From positions 61,814,001 to 61,878,000 of the forward strand of contig OX597816.1 in the NCBI GenBank assembly GCA_951406725.2: a stretch of DNA of 64,000 bases, given 5' to 3'. A program made the translations under genes and the position numbers. Source of the DNA: Octopus vulgaris (taxonomy: Eukaryota). Shown here piece after piece: positions 1 to 15,285 of the stretch; the stretch's first letter is position 1, and each line of letters begins with the position of its first letter. The notes beneath the pieces were generated by a model, which was not told where the DNA came from, searched no databases, and saw only the letters and a program-made list of their open reading frames with translations.

Positions 1-204
1 AGATTCTTCGGAAATTTTTTTCATTGAGGATTTTGGTTTTGTATCGAAAACTCATAATGTTTGCTATAAGCATAGGAAGTACTGATATATTGTGTATTGA
101 CAAATGTTTGAATTTATCCCGAGCCTGGTATTTGAACTGTCACATGTTAACAGGAAGCGGAAGTGTTATAGCAGGAATTGTAGGAATTGGATTTAGAAAA
201 TATT

Positions 205-208
<4 letters not shown>

Positions 209-261
<53 letters not shown>

Positions 262-326
262 CATGTATGTATTTTTATATATATATATATATATGTATGT
301 ATATATATATATATATAAATATATAC

Positions 327-375
<49 letters not shown>

Positions 376-387
376 CATGTATGTATT

Positions 388-462
<75 letters not shown>

Positions 463-474
463 TTATATATATAT
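209..474. repeat. (TA)n-rich microsatellite with (TATG) interruptions
   Basis: Direct dinucleotide periodicity; source of the YI/IY pseudo-ORFs. Confidence 0.97.
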
Positions 475-496
475 TAGCCGGTATAGCCGGTGTTTT

Positions 497-537
497 CAAA
501 GCGATGAATAGCTTTGCGGAAACCATGGTACGCTTTG
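497..537 (+). ncRNA. Minimal type I hammerhead ribozyme-like motif, A3-U8 core variant
   Basis: CAAAGCG / ATGAATA / GC-TTT-GC+G / GAAA / C-CATG-G / TA / CGCTTTG: perfect 7-bp stem I, core NUGANNA with an A3-U8 pair, GAAA, palindromic stem III (ACCATGGT), GUA cleavage triplet. Confidence 0.6.
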
Positions 538-698
538 TTTTCTGACTTTATAATCATTCTATAATCATCTCATAATAATGACTTTTATGACTTTTATTAC
601 TACCTCAGTCAATCTAAATGTATATATTTGTCGTTACCTGTCATAAAAAGCATTTTTTTATTTACAATGTGCATTTTCGTTGATTTTTCATATTTTAC

Positions 699-742
<44 letters not shown>

Positions 743-1086
743 TTGTATATATTTATGAGTGTGTGTGTGTGTGTGAATGTGTGTGCGCGTGCATCTTTAT
801 ATTGGACACTGCCCTGTCGGTTATACGGTGGCGGTTTATTCACTCCTCCAAAACTTAGCGGATGAGCAAAGCAGAACGATGCAATAAGAACTAGACATTT
901 AAAGATATGCGCTGCGGTCCATTTTATCGACCAAAACTCAGCTTGGTCGTAGTCAAATAACTGAAATAAGTAAGATAGTAAAACATTGCACGTGACAGTA
1001 TCGATTAAGCTGCTTAATGTGATTAAAGTCAAAACAAATTTACTAAAATACTAAAAAAAAAGCATACATTTCTGACACAATAACAC

Positions 1087-1390
<304 letters not shown>

Positions 1391-2360
1391 GTGCAATTTC
1401 TGTTGTTCTTAACAAGGTGATAAAATCGTTTTTAAGAAATGTGTCCAAGACTAAAAACTGATCAGTGTAATGAATGTATAATGGAAATGATGAATGTCAG
1501 AAAGTAGTCAGGACTGATGCATCTAAAGACAAACACAGTGTTTTATGAAATTACGAAGACAAGCAATCGAAATATTTTTCTAATGGAATTTGTCAAGGCA
1601 AATGTGAGTGGTTATGGAATGTTTCACCGATGTATTTATTATCGACGAAATGTCAGGACGTGTTAAACTCGATTCACTTAAAACGTGGAATGAGAAGAAG
1701 AAGACAGTTATTATCTTGAGAGGAGCACTATTAAAATCGAGCCATCGACACATCAATCGCTGTCAGCAATGAGAATATCGATCCGATTTATAGAACTATT
1801 ACCTTTCCTTCGTTTTATCAACTTCTTAACAGCTGCAACTACATGTTCATAGATCAGTTGTATCTCTTAGGCAGCTTAATACCTTTGATAAAGGGATGAA
1901 AGCCATACATGAATAAATTTGGGAATTTGTTCTTAAGTAAGATATTATTAAATCAGTGACATATTACTACTTATCTGTCACTTCATCATAGAATACAAGG
2001 TTTGTTGTATACGACTAACTGAAAGGAATTTAGATGCTGAAATATTTACTGATAAGATCAGGCGAAGTAAATATCTTTAAAATACTTCTGAAAATATCGA
2101 CCAGAATTGCTTAATAAAATTTTAAACTGAATACAGTGATTAGGAAAAATATGGCGGGTTGGTTAGTATTATTTCTGGGTTAGCAAGTAAGGAAGGCGAA
2201 TTAATATGTTTCTAAACTTAATCTGTCATCAGCTGAAGTACAGTCATCGCCAGTTGCATGCTGGGGCTGAAGTAACTAGACTACTATACAGAAACGTTAG
2301 CGATTCCCGGAATTGAGGTTTATTGTTTAAATAGTATTTTTGATATATAGTTGTAATCGG

Positions 2361-2556
2361 ACGGTGAGTTGGCAGAATCGTTACCGCACCGGGCATTTTG
2401 TCCGCCTTTACGTTTGGAGTTCAAATTCCGCCGAGTTGACTTTACCTTTCATCCTTTCGGGGTCGATAAAATAAGTACCAGTTGAGGAGAGGGGTCGATG
2501 AAATTGACATTATCTATTCTCTCATAACATTGTGCTTCTGCCAAAATTTGAAACCG
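2361..2556 (+). mobile_element. SINE family A, degenerate copy
   Basis: GGTGAGTTGGCAGAATCG head, GAGTTCAAATTCC B-box-like motif and CCTTTCATCCTTTCGGGGTCGATAAA core, shared with many copies in the window. Confidence 0.8.
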
Positions 2557-4421
2557 ATATCTGGTTATAATGTTGTTATACCCACAAATGAAGGGGTTCG
2601 CTCAATAAACTTTTAGGGTGGTGGATTGGACCGGATTGGAAATGCTTTGCTTTATTTCTTTATTTTTTACATTCCACCTTTTGTGATGAAAGAATCATTG
2701 CACATCAAATTACAGAAAAAAAATCTGCATGTGGAAATCCACATGCAGGAAAGAGTTAAAACATTATTTGTCAGGCTGAATGAAAGAAATTGTGACTTCC
2801 GGTTAAATGTGTTACCGGCCACTTTACCTATTTCCCTCAATAGTGAAGTAAATATTTTTTGACACTTTTTCAGAATCTCTCATTCATGTAAGACATATTG
2901 CAACCGCCATTGAAACCCAGTTAGTCTCTGTAGCTCCATTCATGTGAGAACGTGTAAATATTTACTTCTTAAAACATTGTATATAGGGAAAATGTTGCTT
3001 CTTTAACACTTGAAAGGATCTCACATTTGTTTCTTTTTGTTTTTGTATGCATTTGAGGATACTACAAAAATATGACTTATGCTCTATATTTTCGATACAG
3101 TGATCACATTTTAAATAAAATCAACAGGTCGTATTTAGCCTTCAGGTTGCAACCTCTGCATTAATAAATAGGCGCAATTTATCATTTATTAAGTTATTTC
3201 ATATAATTCGATTTGAATTTACTGCGTGAAGTAAATGCTATGTTATTATTCCTTGGCATAGATCATTGGCCTATTGCAGGAAAGGTTTTGATAAATGTGG
3301 TAATTGATGAGTAATGAAACAATGAAAAGACGGAATCTTTATGCGGTTGTTCGAACTACAAAAATAGCAGCCCTACTTCCCTTCAATAACACCCAATTTC
3401 ATAGAAAAAGATACATTAGTAAAGTAGTCCCTGTATATAAAGAGATGAGATAGACCACTAGAACGCTTTTAATCATAGGATTTTATTATTTATTCCATTT
3501 ACACCCAAGATGTTTTATAAGTATATTCAATCGACATTAGGAGCTGGCTGGTATTTTATTTTATCGGCCCTTCAGGGCTGAGCTGGGTTCAACAGGAACA
3601 TCACCCGATATTACGATGAATTAAATGAAATGGCGTAATGGGAACTAAACTCAACGATTCTAACTTGACACAAAATATACACGCCTGAAGTAGATTTGAA
3701 CTAATGCTAAATGACGAAGCAGTCAAATACATTATCAACACAACTCTGCCATTTTAGTTTTGCAACATACGAACAAACTCACCACCAAAAACTGATAATG
3801 TCTGATCAAATTTACCGAAGACTCCTCGTGATCTCGCATGTAATAATTTCATGCACATTAAGTAAATCGATACGGCCATTGTCTCCGTTCCGACGAAAGA
3901 AAATATTGAATTAACGTCAATCGGTCGTCTGTACGTCCGTTATCTAACAGCTAAGAATATTGTTTCGTACATAGACAATAAACAGAGATTTTTTTGTTTT
4001 TTTTAGAAATTAATATTGTTTCAATGGCAGGTGAGAGATATTAAAAAGTTGTAACATTCATATACTACCTAATATCATTAACTACTTAGTTGCTAAAGTA
4101 GAGAAAAAAAGCATCGATATATTAGTGAAACTAAATATTTAGGGTTAAGACTAGCATGAAGCTTATCTTTAGTCAACAGTAATCAGTCACTGCTAGAAAT
4201 AGTAAGGCAGCTGCAGAGAAGATAACTACTTCAGAACAAACATAGTCGAATATAGGAGATTCATGCATGATATGAGTTTTTTTTTTTTGTGCGTTAAATA
4301 CACGATCTACGTATAATATTGCATCGGGATTCATTTTGTATATGAAATAATAGAAAATGACTTTATCTTTCAAATGACATAAAAAGTCCCCTGTTGCGTA
4401 ACATAGATAAAATTATAATTG

Positions 4422-4453
<32 letters not shown>

Positions 4454-4742
4454 GTATGTAAATACACACGTTCATATATATGTATATATACATGTTTATA
4501 TATATATGCATATAAATAAATATATATGTATATATGTGTCTGTGTGTGTATGTATGTGCGTGTGTGATTGTGTATGTGTGTGTGTGTGCTCGTACGCTCT
4601 CGCGCATGTATGATAAAGAAGATCACTTTACAACCAGTTCCTCGCTCAGCAGCATGGCTAAGTTTTTTCTGCAATAGCCTCCTGTTGATCTTTGATAGCG
4701 GAAATTTGGTAAACAGAAATTCTTCAGGAAAACTGTCGTATC

Positions 4743-4791
<49 letters not shown>

Positions 4792-4817
4792 TCTCATTCA
4801 TTCATATATATATATAT

Positions 4818-4890
<73 letters not shown>

Positions 4891-7800
4891 TATATAATAA
4901 TAATATTAGGGAATAAATCCAAACTTACAGGGAAAAATGAGATTTAGGATTAAATCCAATTTTATAGTATAAATATATTATATTATATTATATTAAATTA
5001 GAGATAAAACCACTATTAGGCAAATCAAACAGTGAAAAATATAAGCCAATACATAAAATTAATTTAAAATATAAAAGTTAAAAATAAAAAATTATTTAAA
5101 TAATTTAAACTTATAAATTTTATATATATATACAAATATATTTATATATATATATATATGTATGTATGTATATTTTTATATTTATATATTATTTTATTAA
5201 TTAATTAATTTATTTATTTATTTACTTTTTTATTTTTATTTTTTTATTTATATATATCAAAATTATTAAAAGTTTAATAAAAGATATGTGCCTCTTGGTC
5301 GCTCTGGTACGTTTCAGAGAAGCAAGCTATCTATGAATAAGCAACCCTCCAGTTGCCTTGCAGAAATGCAGAACACATTTTGTGAACTTCCTTTTGTCAG
5401 AATATAACTTCTCCAAAAATAGTATCTCTCAGCAGCTGTGTACGTTAACTAGATACCTTGCAGTCGGAGATTAAACCGTGCCATAGAATCAGTAATGTTT
5501 TACTTTCAAAGTTGTAGCACACGGTTTGCCGGGGTTCGATCACTTCAAGTAACAGTCCCTCAGCTATGGATAAAATGGTAAAATATTCTCATTAGTTTGA
5601 AGCGCTGAAGATGCAAAGTTACTGGATACAAACATTGGCTATAATACCGCGGTGGAATCCTGTACATGATATGCTATGTCTATTCAGCATTTTTTTCAGC
5701 AACTCCGGTAACCACACTGGTTCCAGATGTACTAATTTTGCTTCTCGCTCGGCTACCCCTCAGAAGATGAGGGGAGGTGTTGACTCATGGGCAAACCAAG
5801 GCCTCATAAAACTTCTCAGGGCCTTTTCCCCTTATTTTCTTTCCCACTTCTTTTCTCATGAGAGATTGTGTGTGTGTGTGTGCTTTGGCTTTGTGGAACA
5901 AAGGCAGAATACAGGAAGCAGCAGTTAAGGTTATTGGTGTTGAGGGGATGGGGACAGTGCGGACCGTCTTCGTTGCATGGAGGAACCATTGTCCCTTCAG
6001 CAATCACCCGCCTTAAGCTGGATAGTCCCTTGTCAGTAAGTGGCTGATGTACACAGTGTGGTTAATTCTTTGCTTGCCAAATGCCTACTGTGTTTTCGCT
6101 TATCAATAGCTTTCTAAAGTAATGTACCAAACAATGTATGGTAAAGAACTTTCTTGAACTTAGTAAGCGGCAATGTCAAAAGTATGATGTTGGGATTAAT
6201 TGTTAGCAAACACAAAATTTTTGGTATTGATGATAACAATATATGATGTGTCCATTGATGCACTCCAATCGGGAAGCCTTGCAAATGATGTCTTATTACT
6301 AGAGAATCACAACAATTTTGCCTGGGTAGAAAACAGCAAGACGATAGACGGGACAATGGCTTTAAGATTACAGTTGAGATATGACTTTGCAATGATACTG
6401 CCGGTACTGAACGAGTGTTAATTCTTTGTTTGAATTCCATCGACAGCTCAGTATATTTTGTGACTGCAAATCCCATCACACTTAAATGCGGCATCGAAGC
6501 TGATGATTCATATGAATAATCTTAGACAGCTTTCGCAATTAGAAGGCCTCTACTTACTTGAAAATTTCAACGTCCAACTGAATGCAGAGTATGACAGAAG
6601 ACATATATACACAAGCCACTGTGGAGTCGATAAAATGAATGAGCCGAGTTACTTGAAGAATTCAAATATTTACATTAAAAATATTTGGTAGTTTGGCAGT
6701 TGCACACATTAACTTAGTAGAAATAGCCGTAAAATTTCCATGAAAATCAACTGACTTCAAAAATAGGAAAAAAAAAAAAACATGAAATAATATAGTTATA
6801 CATATTGTATGTCCGAAAAGAAAATCGATACGATGACGGATCATGGCTGTAAAGTCTTCCATCATGTAATCATCTGCTCAATTAAGATCGATCTTGGAAT
6901 AGCATGATCAAAATCCTCATGATCACGATGATGATGATGATGATGATGACGATAATCATCATCATCATCACCATCAACAACAAATCAAAAAACCACAAAA
7001 ACAACAGCAGCAGCAACAACAGTAACAACTATGGCAACGACGTCGATGGCAATATTTAGCAGAGAAATTAATAACGAACCGTTGTAACTTAATATCGATC
7101 ACCAATCAAACGGAATTAAATTATAATTATTTCATGTCTATAATAAATTTCTCCTTCTACATTATGATAGATAGATAGATAGATAGGAAGGTATGCAGGT
7201 AAGTTGGGAGGTAGATAGGTATGCATGTAGGTGGGTAGGTGGGGGATTATGTAGATGGATATGTAGATAGATAGTAAATATGTACGTAAGAAGCTATCAT
7301 CTTTTAACTAATTTTAATTAAAATAAAGTAATTGTATCAAAGAATTCCACTGAGGAATACAACAAATGCTCAAGGACAGTCTTTGCACTCTTTCCCAAAT
7401 CATTAACAAAAGGAATCCAATAAGAAGTAAACCAGAAGGCGAACCAGGCTTTGTCACAGAAAATGGATTCCGTTTCATATTGTTGTTGATTAGCCATAGC
7501 TATTTCGGATAGGGCTTAACTTGAAAAGCTTTGTCTCTGGTTGACCCAAATCAATTGAGAGATCGATTAGGAAATTTCCGTTCAAATCTATGTGGAGACC
7601 GGTCCCTTTGCAAGAATTTTCATCTTGAGTTGCTGGAATAATGGTTGGATAACATCCATAGCCTCGGTTGGCCACGCATGGGAATCAAACCGGAAGTGAA
7701 GTGATGGTTGCTTCTGATAAGGCGTAAAAGACAGACGGATGGATTGCTGGAATAATTTTTAAGAACAACGGATGGCTTCTGACAAAAACAAGCTGAAATT

Positions 7801-7979
7801 ATGCATCATCCGATATTCCATTTAATCACCATCTCAATAACTCTACCAATCAAAGTTGTCAGTTCCTTGCTGAAGTTACATTATTTTAATTAAAATCACA
7901 CTTAAATGATATGTAACTGCACACGTACTTATCTACCTACATATTCTTCTATCTACTTACCTAATTACCTGTCCATCCA

Positions 7980-8309
<330 letters not shown>

Positions 8310-8346
8310 GGGTTGGTGAAAATGCCCCTAAATTTCAAAGCCTCGT

Positions 8347-8976
<630 letters not shown>

Positions 8977-8996
8977 TATATATATATATATATGTG

Positions 8997-9065
<69 letters not shown>

Positions 9066-9104
9066 GCACACACACTCACACATACACGTATATGTCATAT
9101 ATAT

Positions 9105-9480
9105 CTTACTTGTTTCCGTCATTGGACTGCATCATGCTGGTGCACCGCGTTGAGGGGGTTTACTTAAACAAATTGACCCCAATACTTATATTTTTAAAGC
9201 CTGGCACTTATTCTATGAGTCTCTTTTGACGAACCTCTAGATTACTGGAGCGTAAACAAACCAACACCGGCTGTCAAGCGGTCGCAGGAGGGGAGAATCA
9301 CACTCATACGAAGATACACATGCATAAGTATATGCTTATAAACGGACTTCTTTTGGTTTCCTATACCAAACCTAAGCACAAGGCTTTGGTCAGCCAAGGG
9401 TTATAGTAGAAGGCACTTCTCAAAGGTGCCATACAATGGGAATAGACACGGACTCATGGGGTTAGAAACAAACTTCCAAC
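9105..9480 (-). mobile_element. SINE family B, degenerate copy
   Basis: Reverse-complement match to the family B head, body and tail. Confidence 0.8.
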
Positions 9481-9482
9481 AC

Positions 9483-9566
9483 AAGTGTCTTCTACTATGG
9501 CCTCGGGCCGACCAAAGCCTTGTGTGTGTATTTGGTAGACGGAAACTGAAAGAAGCCCGCCGTATA

Positions 9567-9664
<98 letters not shown>

Positions 9665-9845
9665 TGTGTCTGTGTTTGTCCACCCAACATCGCTTGACAA
9701 CCGATGCTGGTGTGTTTACGTCCCCGTAACTTAGCGGTTCGGCAAAAAACCCGATAGAATAAGTACTAGGCTTACAAAGAATAAAGGCGGTGCTCCAGCA
9801 TGGCCGCAGTAAAATGACTGAAACTAGTAAACGAGTAAAGAGGAA
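9483..9845 (+). mobile_element. SINE family B (CORE-like, internal (TA)n(TG)n), 5'-truncated
   Basis: AAGTGTCTTCTACTATGGCCTCGGGCCGACCAAAGCC..., central microsatellite, tail GGCGGTGCTCCAGCATGGCCGCAG...GAG. Confidence 0.88.
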
Positions 9846-10001
9846 GAGTATATATATTCTTATATGTATGCATATCAATATACACGTGTTTGATATCACT
9901 CCGGATTATTGCGTACATTAAATGTATGTCTTAGTGGCAAAATTTTTCTATTTCTTATTATGTGTATGCATATGGTTGTGTATGTGTGTGTGTGTGTGTG
10001 A

Positions 10002-10067
<66 letters not shown>

Positions 10068-10069
10068 AT

Positions 10070-10330
10070 TTAGGCCGATTGCTCTTCAATATCCTTCCAA
10101 AAAGCTCGAGAGATCTTCATGTGCTGGATGTAGACGGCTTTAAGGCAAAACTAGATTTTCTCCTGTCAGGATTTCCAGATGAACCTACCTCGCGCCAAAA
10201 AAGCACATATGAATGCAGCAACAGCAGACTTCCTTTTTTACCAAATGTCACACGTCAGAGGAGGTTTAGTGAAAGTGTAGCAGAGCTAACGGCGATGGCA
10301 GCAGCTCTTGAGCTGAATCTAATAAAGAAA
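10070..10330 (+). mobile_element. CR1-clade LINE 3'-end fragment
   Basis: Translation LLFNILPKSSRDLHVLDVDGFKAKLDFLLSGFPDEP aligns by eye with QLFNCLPKHLSIFHGMDVDVFKREFDLWLAEIPYEP of the CR1 at 60400-61452. Confidence 0.75.
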
Positions 10331-10371
10331 AAAAAATCAAAACACATCGCAGGCGTGCCTATGTAGAGGTG

Positions 10372-10513
10372 CAGATATGGCTGTGTGGTAAGAAACTTAT
10401 TTCTCAACCACATGGTTCCGGGTTCAGTTCCACTTTGTGGAACCATTGGCTTTCTACTATAGCCTTCAGACCTTTTGAGTGGATCTGGTAGACGGAAATT
10501 GAAAGAAACCTGT

Positions 10514-10548
<35 letters not shown>

Positions 10549-11284
10549 ATAATAACAAAGGGTAAAATTAATTAATTAACCAGTAATCAATAATTTCACC
10601 AAGTAGAATTCGGCATGAAAAAGGAGCATTTCACGGTAAACTAAAGTAATACTTTATAATAGGGTTCAGCAAAGATTTGCTTTACTACATACCGAAGTTT
10701 AGAAATAGCAGCCAAAGAACCTTAGCTATTTCTTCTACTTTAAAAAGAGACTCCCGGAAAAAAAAACAAATTACTCGAAAACAATCCACGAAGGCAGAGA
10801 GGAAAAATAACGAAAATCAATCGATATTAGATTACCCATGTACGCGTTTAGGAATTAGATCGGTATAAAGAATGTGTAATTTATACTTTACACGAACATT
10901 TTCTTCATCAGCATGGGACTTCACAATATCAAATATTAAAAATATTAAATTCGAAGGCACTGGAAGAATTGAACATATCTCTCCAACTAATCGTATCAGA
11001 CAGATCATGTTCAACGTCAGTACCGCCGCATTTAAAATATACGAATGAAGTTCATCATCTTCCCCTGCCCATCCACGTGTGTCGTCAAGTAAAATACTAC
11101 AGAAAAATCTGTAGTTTATTATCAGTTTATTCTTAGTTTATTATGCCTTCGTGGATTGTTTTCGAGGAATTTGTTTTTTAAGGGAGTCTCTTTTTAAAGT
11201 AGAAGAAATAGCTAAGGTCCTTTGCCTGCTATTTCTAAACTTCGGTATGTGGTAAAGCAAATCTTTGCTGAACCCTATTATAAA

Positions 11285-11355
<71 letters not shown>

Positions 11356-11592
11356 TGTTTGTGTGTGAGCGTTTGTCCCTCCACGACAGCTTGAAAACCG
11401 ATGGTGGTGTGTTTAAGTTTCCGTAACTTAGCGATGCGGTTCGGCAAAACAGACCGATAGAATAAGTACTGGGCTTCAAAAGAAAGAAAAGAAGAAAAAG
11501 GAATGATAAGTCCCAGGGTCGATTTGTTCGACTGAAACCCTTCAAAGCGTTGGCCCAATATGGACGCAATCAAATGATTGAAAGGATAAAAA
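10372..11592 (+). mobile_element. SINE family B copy split in its central (TA)n by an inserted element
   Basis: Head at 10372-10515, body and tail at 11352-11592, non-SINE sequence between. Confidence 0.8.
10547..11287 (-). mobile_element. Inverted-repeat element with a hammerhead motif (Penelope-like)
   Basis: ~145-bp inverted repeat 10653-10797 / 11144-11287. The spacer (minus, 10917-10835) reads CCCATG/CTGATGA/long stem II/TAAA/CGCG/TA/CATGGG. Lies within (TA)n. Confidence 0.65.
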
Positions 11593-11595
11593 TTA

Positions 11596-11642
<47 letters not shown>

Positions 11643-11707
11643 AGATACAAATGCACACAGATATGCGCGGTGATACAACAGTCCTTTGACATTAATATAA
11701 GCCGACG

Positions 11708-12035
11708 AATGTTAAAAAATACGTTTATTTACATATATACTAAACTACTTTCAACAATATTTTTTGTTTATCAATGATAAACACATATATACATATATAT
11801 AAATATATTAGAAGGTTTGGAGATGATGTACAAGTATGTTATACTAGAAGAAATTAGGTACTCAGAAATTCGGATGGTTTTATATTTACAGATATTTATT
11901 TGTATATTACATATTTTTATACATCATATATCATATACCATATATCATATATATTAGCGCTTTCGTCCATTCTAGTGGAGTTTTCAAATTGAACTAGGGA
12001 AAATTTGACTATTTTCATAGTGTTATTAAGTGTGT
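11708..12035 (-). mobile_element. Second copy of the 8347-8695 repeat with U3-A8 hammerhead-like motif
   Basis: High identity to 8347-8695; motif at 11953-11989 (minus). Confidence 0.6.
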
Positions 12036-12046
12036 ATATATATGTG

Positions 12047-12109
<63 letters not shown>

Positions 12110-12725
12110 TTAAGATGCGCCCCCTCTCTTCCTTCCTCTTCAGGACCCCTTCATATCTCCTACATCTTTAGCTTCCACAGCACTGCGTTCAACAAATCAC
12201 GTGGGGACCAGCACTCGCGTTGGCTGGGTGATTCTAGCATTGTTGGTCATTCGCCCTATTGCTCCGAAAGGCCACCACAAAGACTACTCTACGAAGCCGA
12301 ACTAGGTATGTCTTTACAATTGAACATGGTTGTCGTTATATAGTGCAATCACTTTAGTAAAAAGCATATTCTTTCATCGTATAATAATGTTACTTATATG
12401 GCGTATAATACAAATGTCTAAATACTAAATGATTTTCAAATTGAGATGGCAATGAATATATTACAAAGATATATAGGCAAAATTGTGAAAAATTGTAAAT
12501 ATATAAATATAAAATTGATATATTTAAATGATAAGTGTACTTCTGAATGACGATGGTGCTTCTATATATGCATAAACATATATATATATATATGCACACA
12601 TGCATAAACACACACTTATCCACCACGCCACATATACATATGCATGTGTATGTGTGTGGTGTGTGCATGTATAAACACACATATATCTTCATATACGTTC
12701 ATACTTATGTTGTGTATGTATGTGC

Positions 12726-12776
<51 letters not shown>

Positions 12777-12976
12777 TATACACATACATACATTAGCATT
12801 TATGTTTTGGTCGTTGCATCTCCGATTTAGTTTCGTAATGTAATAAAGACATCTTTTACATATCTCGTACATATATATGTATGGATATACGTATGTATGT
12901 GTATATCCACATATCTATTATCGTGTATGCATGTGTGTTTGTGTGTGTGTAAATACACATACCCACACACGCTCAC

Positions 12977-13035
<59 letters not shown>

Positions 13036-13036
<1 letters not shown>

Positions 13037-13248
13037 CTTTTACTCTTTTACTTGTTTCAGTTATTTGACTGTGGCCATGCTGGAGCACTGCCTTTAGTCA
13101 AGTAAATCGACTCCAGGACTTATGCTTTGTTAGCCTAGTATTTATCTACCGGGCTCTTTTGCCGAACCGCTTAGTGACGGGGACGTAAATACACCAGCAT
13201 CGGTTGTCAAGCAATGTTAGGGGGACAAATACAGATACACAAACGTAT

Positions 13249-13317
<69 letters not shown>

Positions 13318-13490
13318 CATATATACGACAGTCTTCTTTCAGTTTCCGTCTACCAAGTCCACTCACAAGGCTTTGGTCGGCCCGAGGTTATAGGAGAAGA
13401 CACTTGCCCAAGGCGTCACGCAATGGGACAGAACTCGGAACCATGTGGTTGGTAAGCAAGCTACTTACCACACAGCAACTCATACGCCTA
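13036..13490 (-). mobile_element. SINE family B, full length
   Basis: Complete reverse-complement head, central (TA)n and tail. Confidence 0.9.
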
Positions 13491-13492
13491 TA

Positions 13493-13546
<54 letters not shown>

Positions 13547-14119
13547 GTCTGTCTGTCTGTCTATCTATCTACCTATCTGTCCGTCTATCCGTCTATCTAT
13601 CTATGCAGACATACGTATACAAAGGGACACACAGACATATAAATAAATGCATGAATAGTGTATTATAATAACAATATTACAACATACATAATAATTTCCG
13701 GCGGCAATTGCCACTTTATAAATATTTTCACAGTCTTCGTTTTCAGTATCAGAATTGATGCCCGGCGAATGAAAACGTGTGTGCATATTGAAATTGAGTT
13801 ATCCAGTCATTTATGGAAAAATTGAATTTAGTAATATATTAATTCAATAACTAGATTCTTACCATCCTCAACTCTCTGAATTTAGAAACAAACATACCGA
13901 GACCTCTGACGCAACAGCACACTTACAAGTACGCTTATTCGCTCATACATATATACATATGTATACACACACATATAGACACACGTAAATACACACACAT
14001 ACACACACATATATACACGTATATATGTACAAATATAAAAATATATATATTTATATATGTATATGTATATAAACGATAGGCATGCACACACATATGGACA
14101 TATGCACATACTCATATGC

Positions 14120-15071
<952 letters not shown>

Positions 15072-15285
15072 TTCTGTATATATGCATGTGCGTACACTTC
15101 CCGACAAATTTAAAGAAATGAGTTCGTTGGTTCACTAAGTATGTTTTTTACTGAAATCGGTTATTGAACGAATTGATTCGATGCAATTATATAACTGGAC
15201 AAGGTTATTACGTTCTGCGCAATAAAGGTTACACACACACACACACACATACAGACATAAGTTCATAATATACATACATATATAT

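Noticed and set aside
5300-5436. Possible hammerhead on the minus strand (GAAACGUA at ~5315-5308)
   Set aside because: No properly spaced CUGANGA-type core or matching stem I found.
6114-6494. 126-aa minus ORF with QGFPIG and NPNII, faintly like Penelope RT motifs
   Set aside because: No YxDD motif and spacing unconvincing; cannot be supported without a search.
7490-7780. Non-repetitive minus-strand open frame (...SPCVANRGYGCYP...)
   Set aside because: No recognisable family and no clear splice signals.
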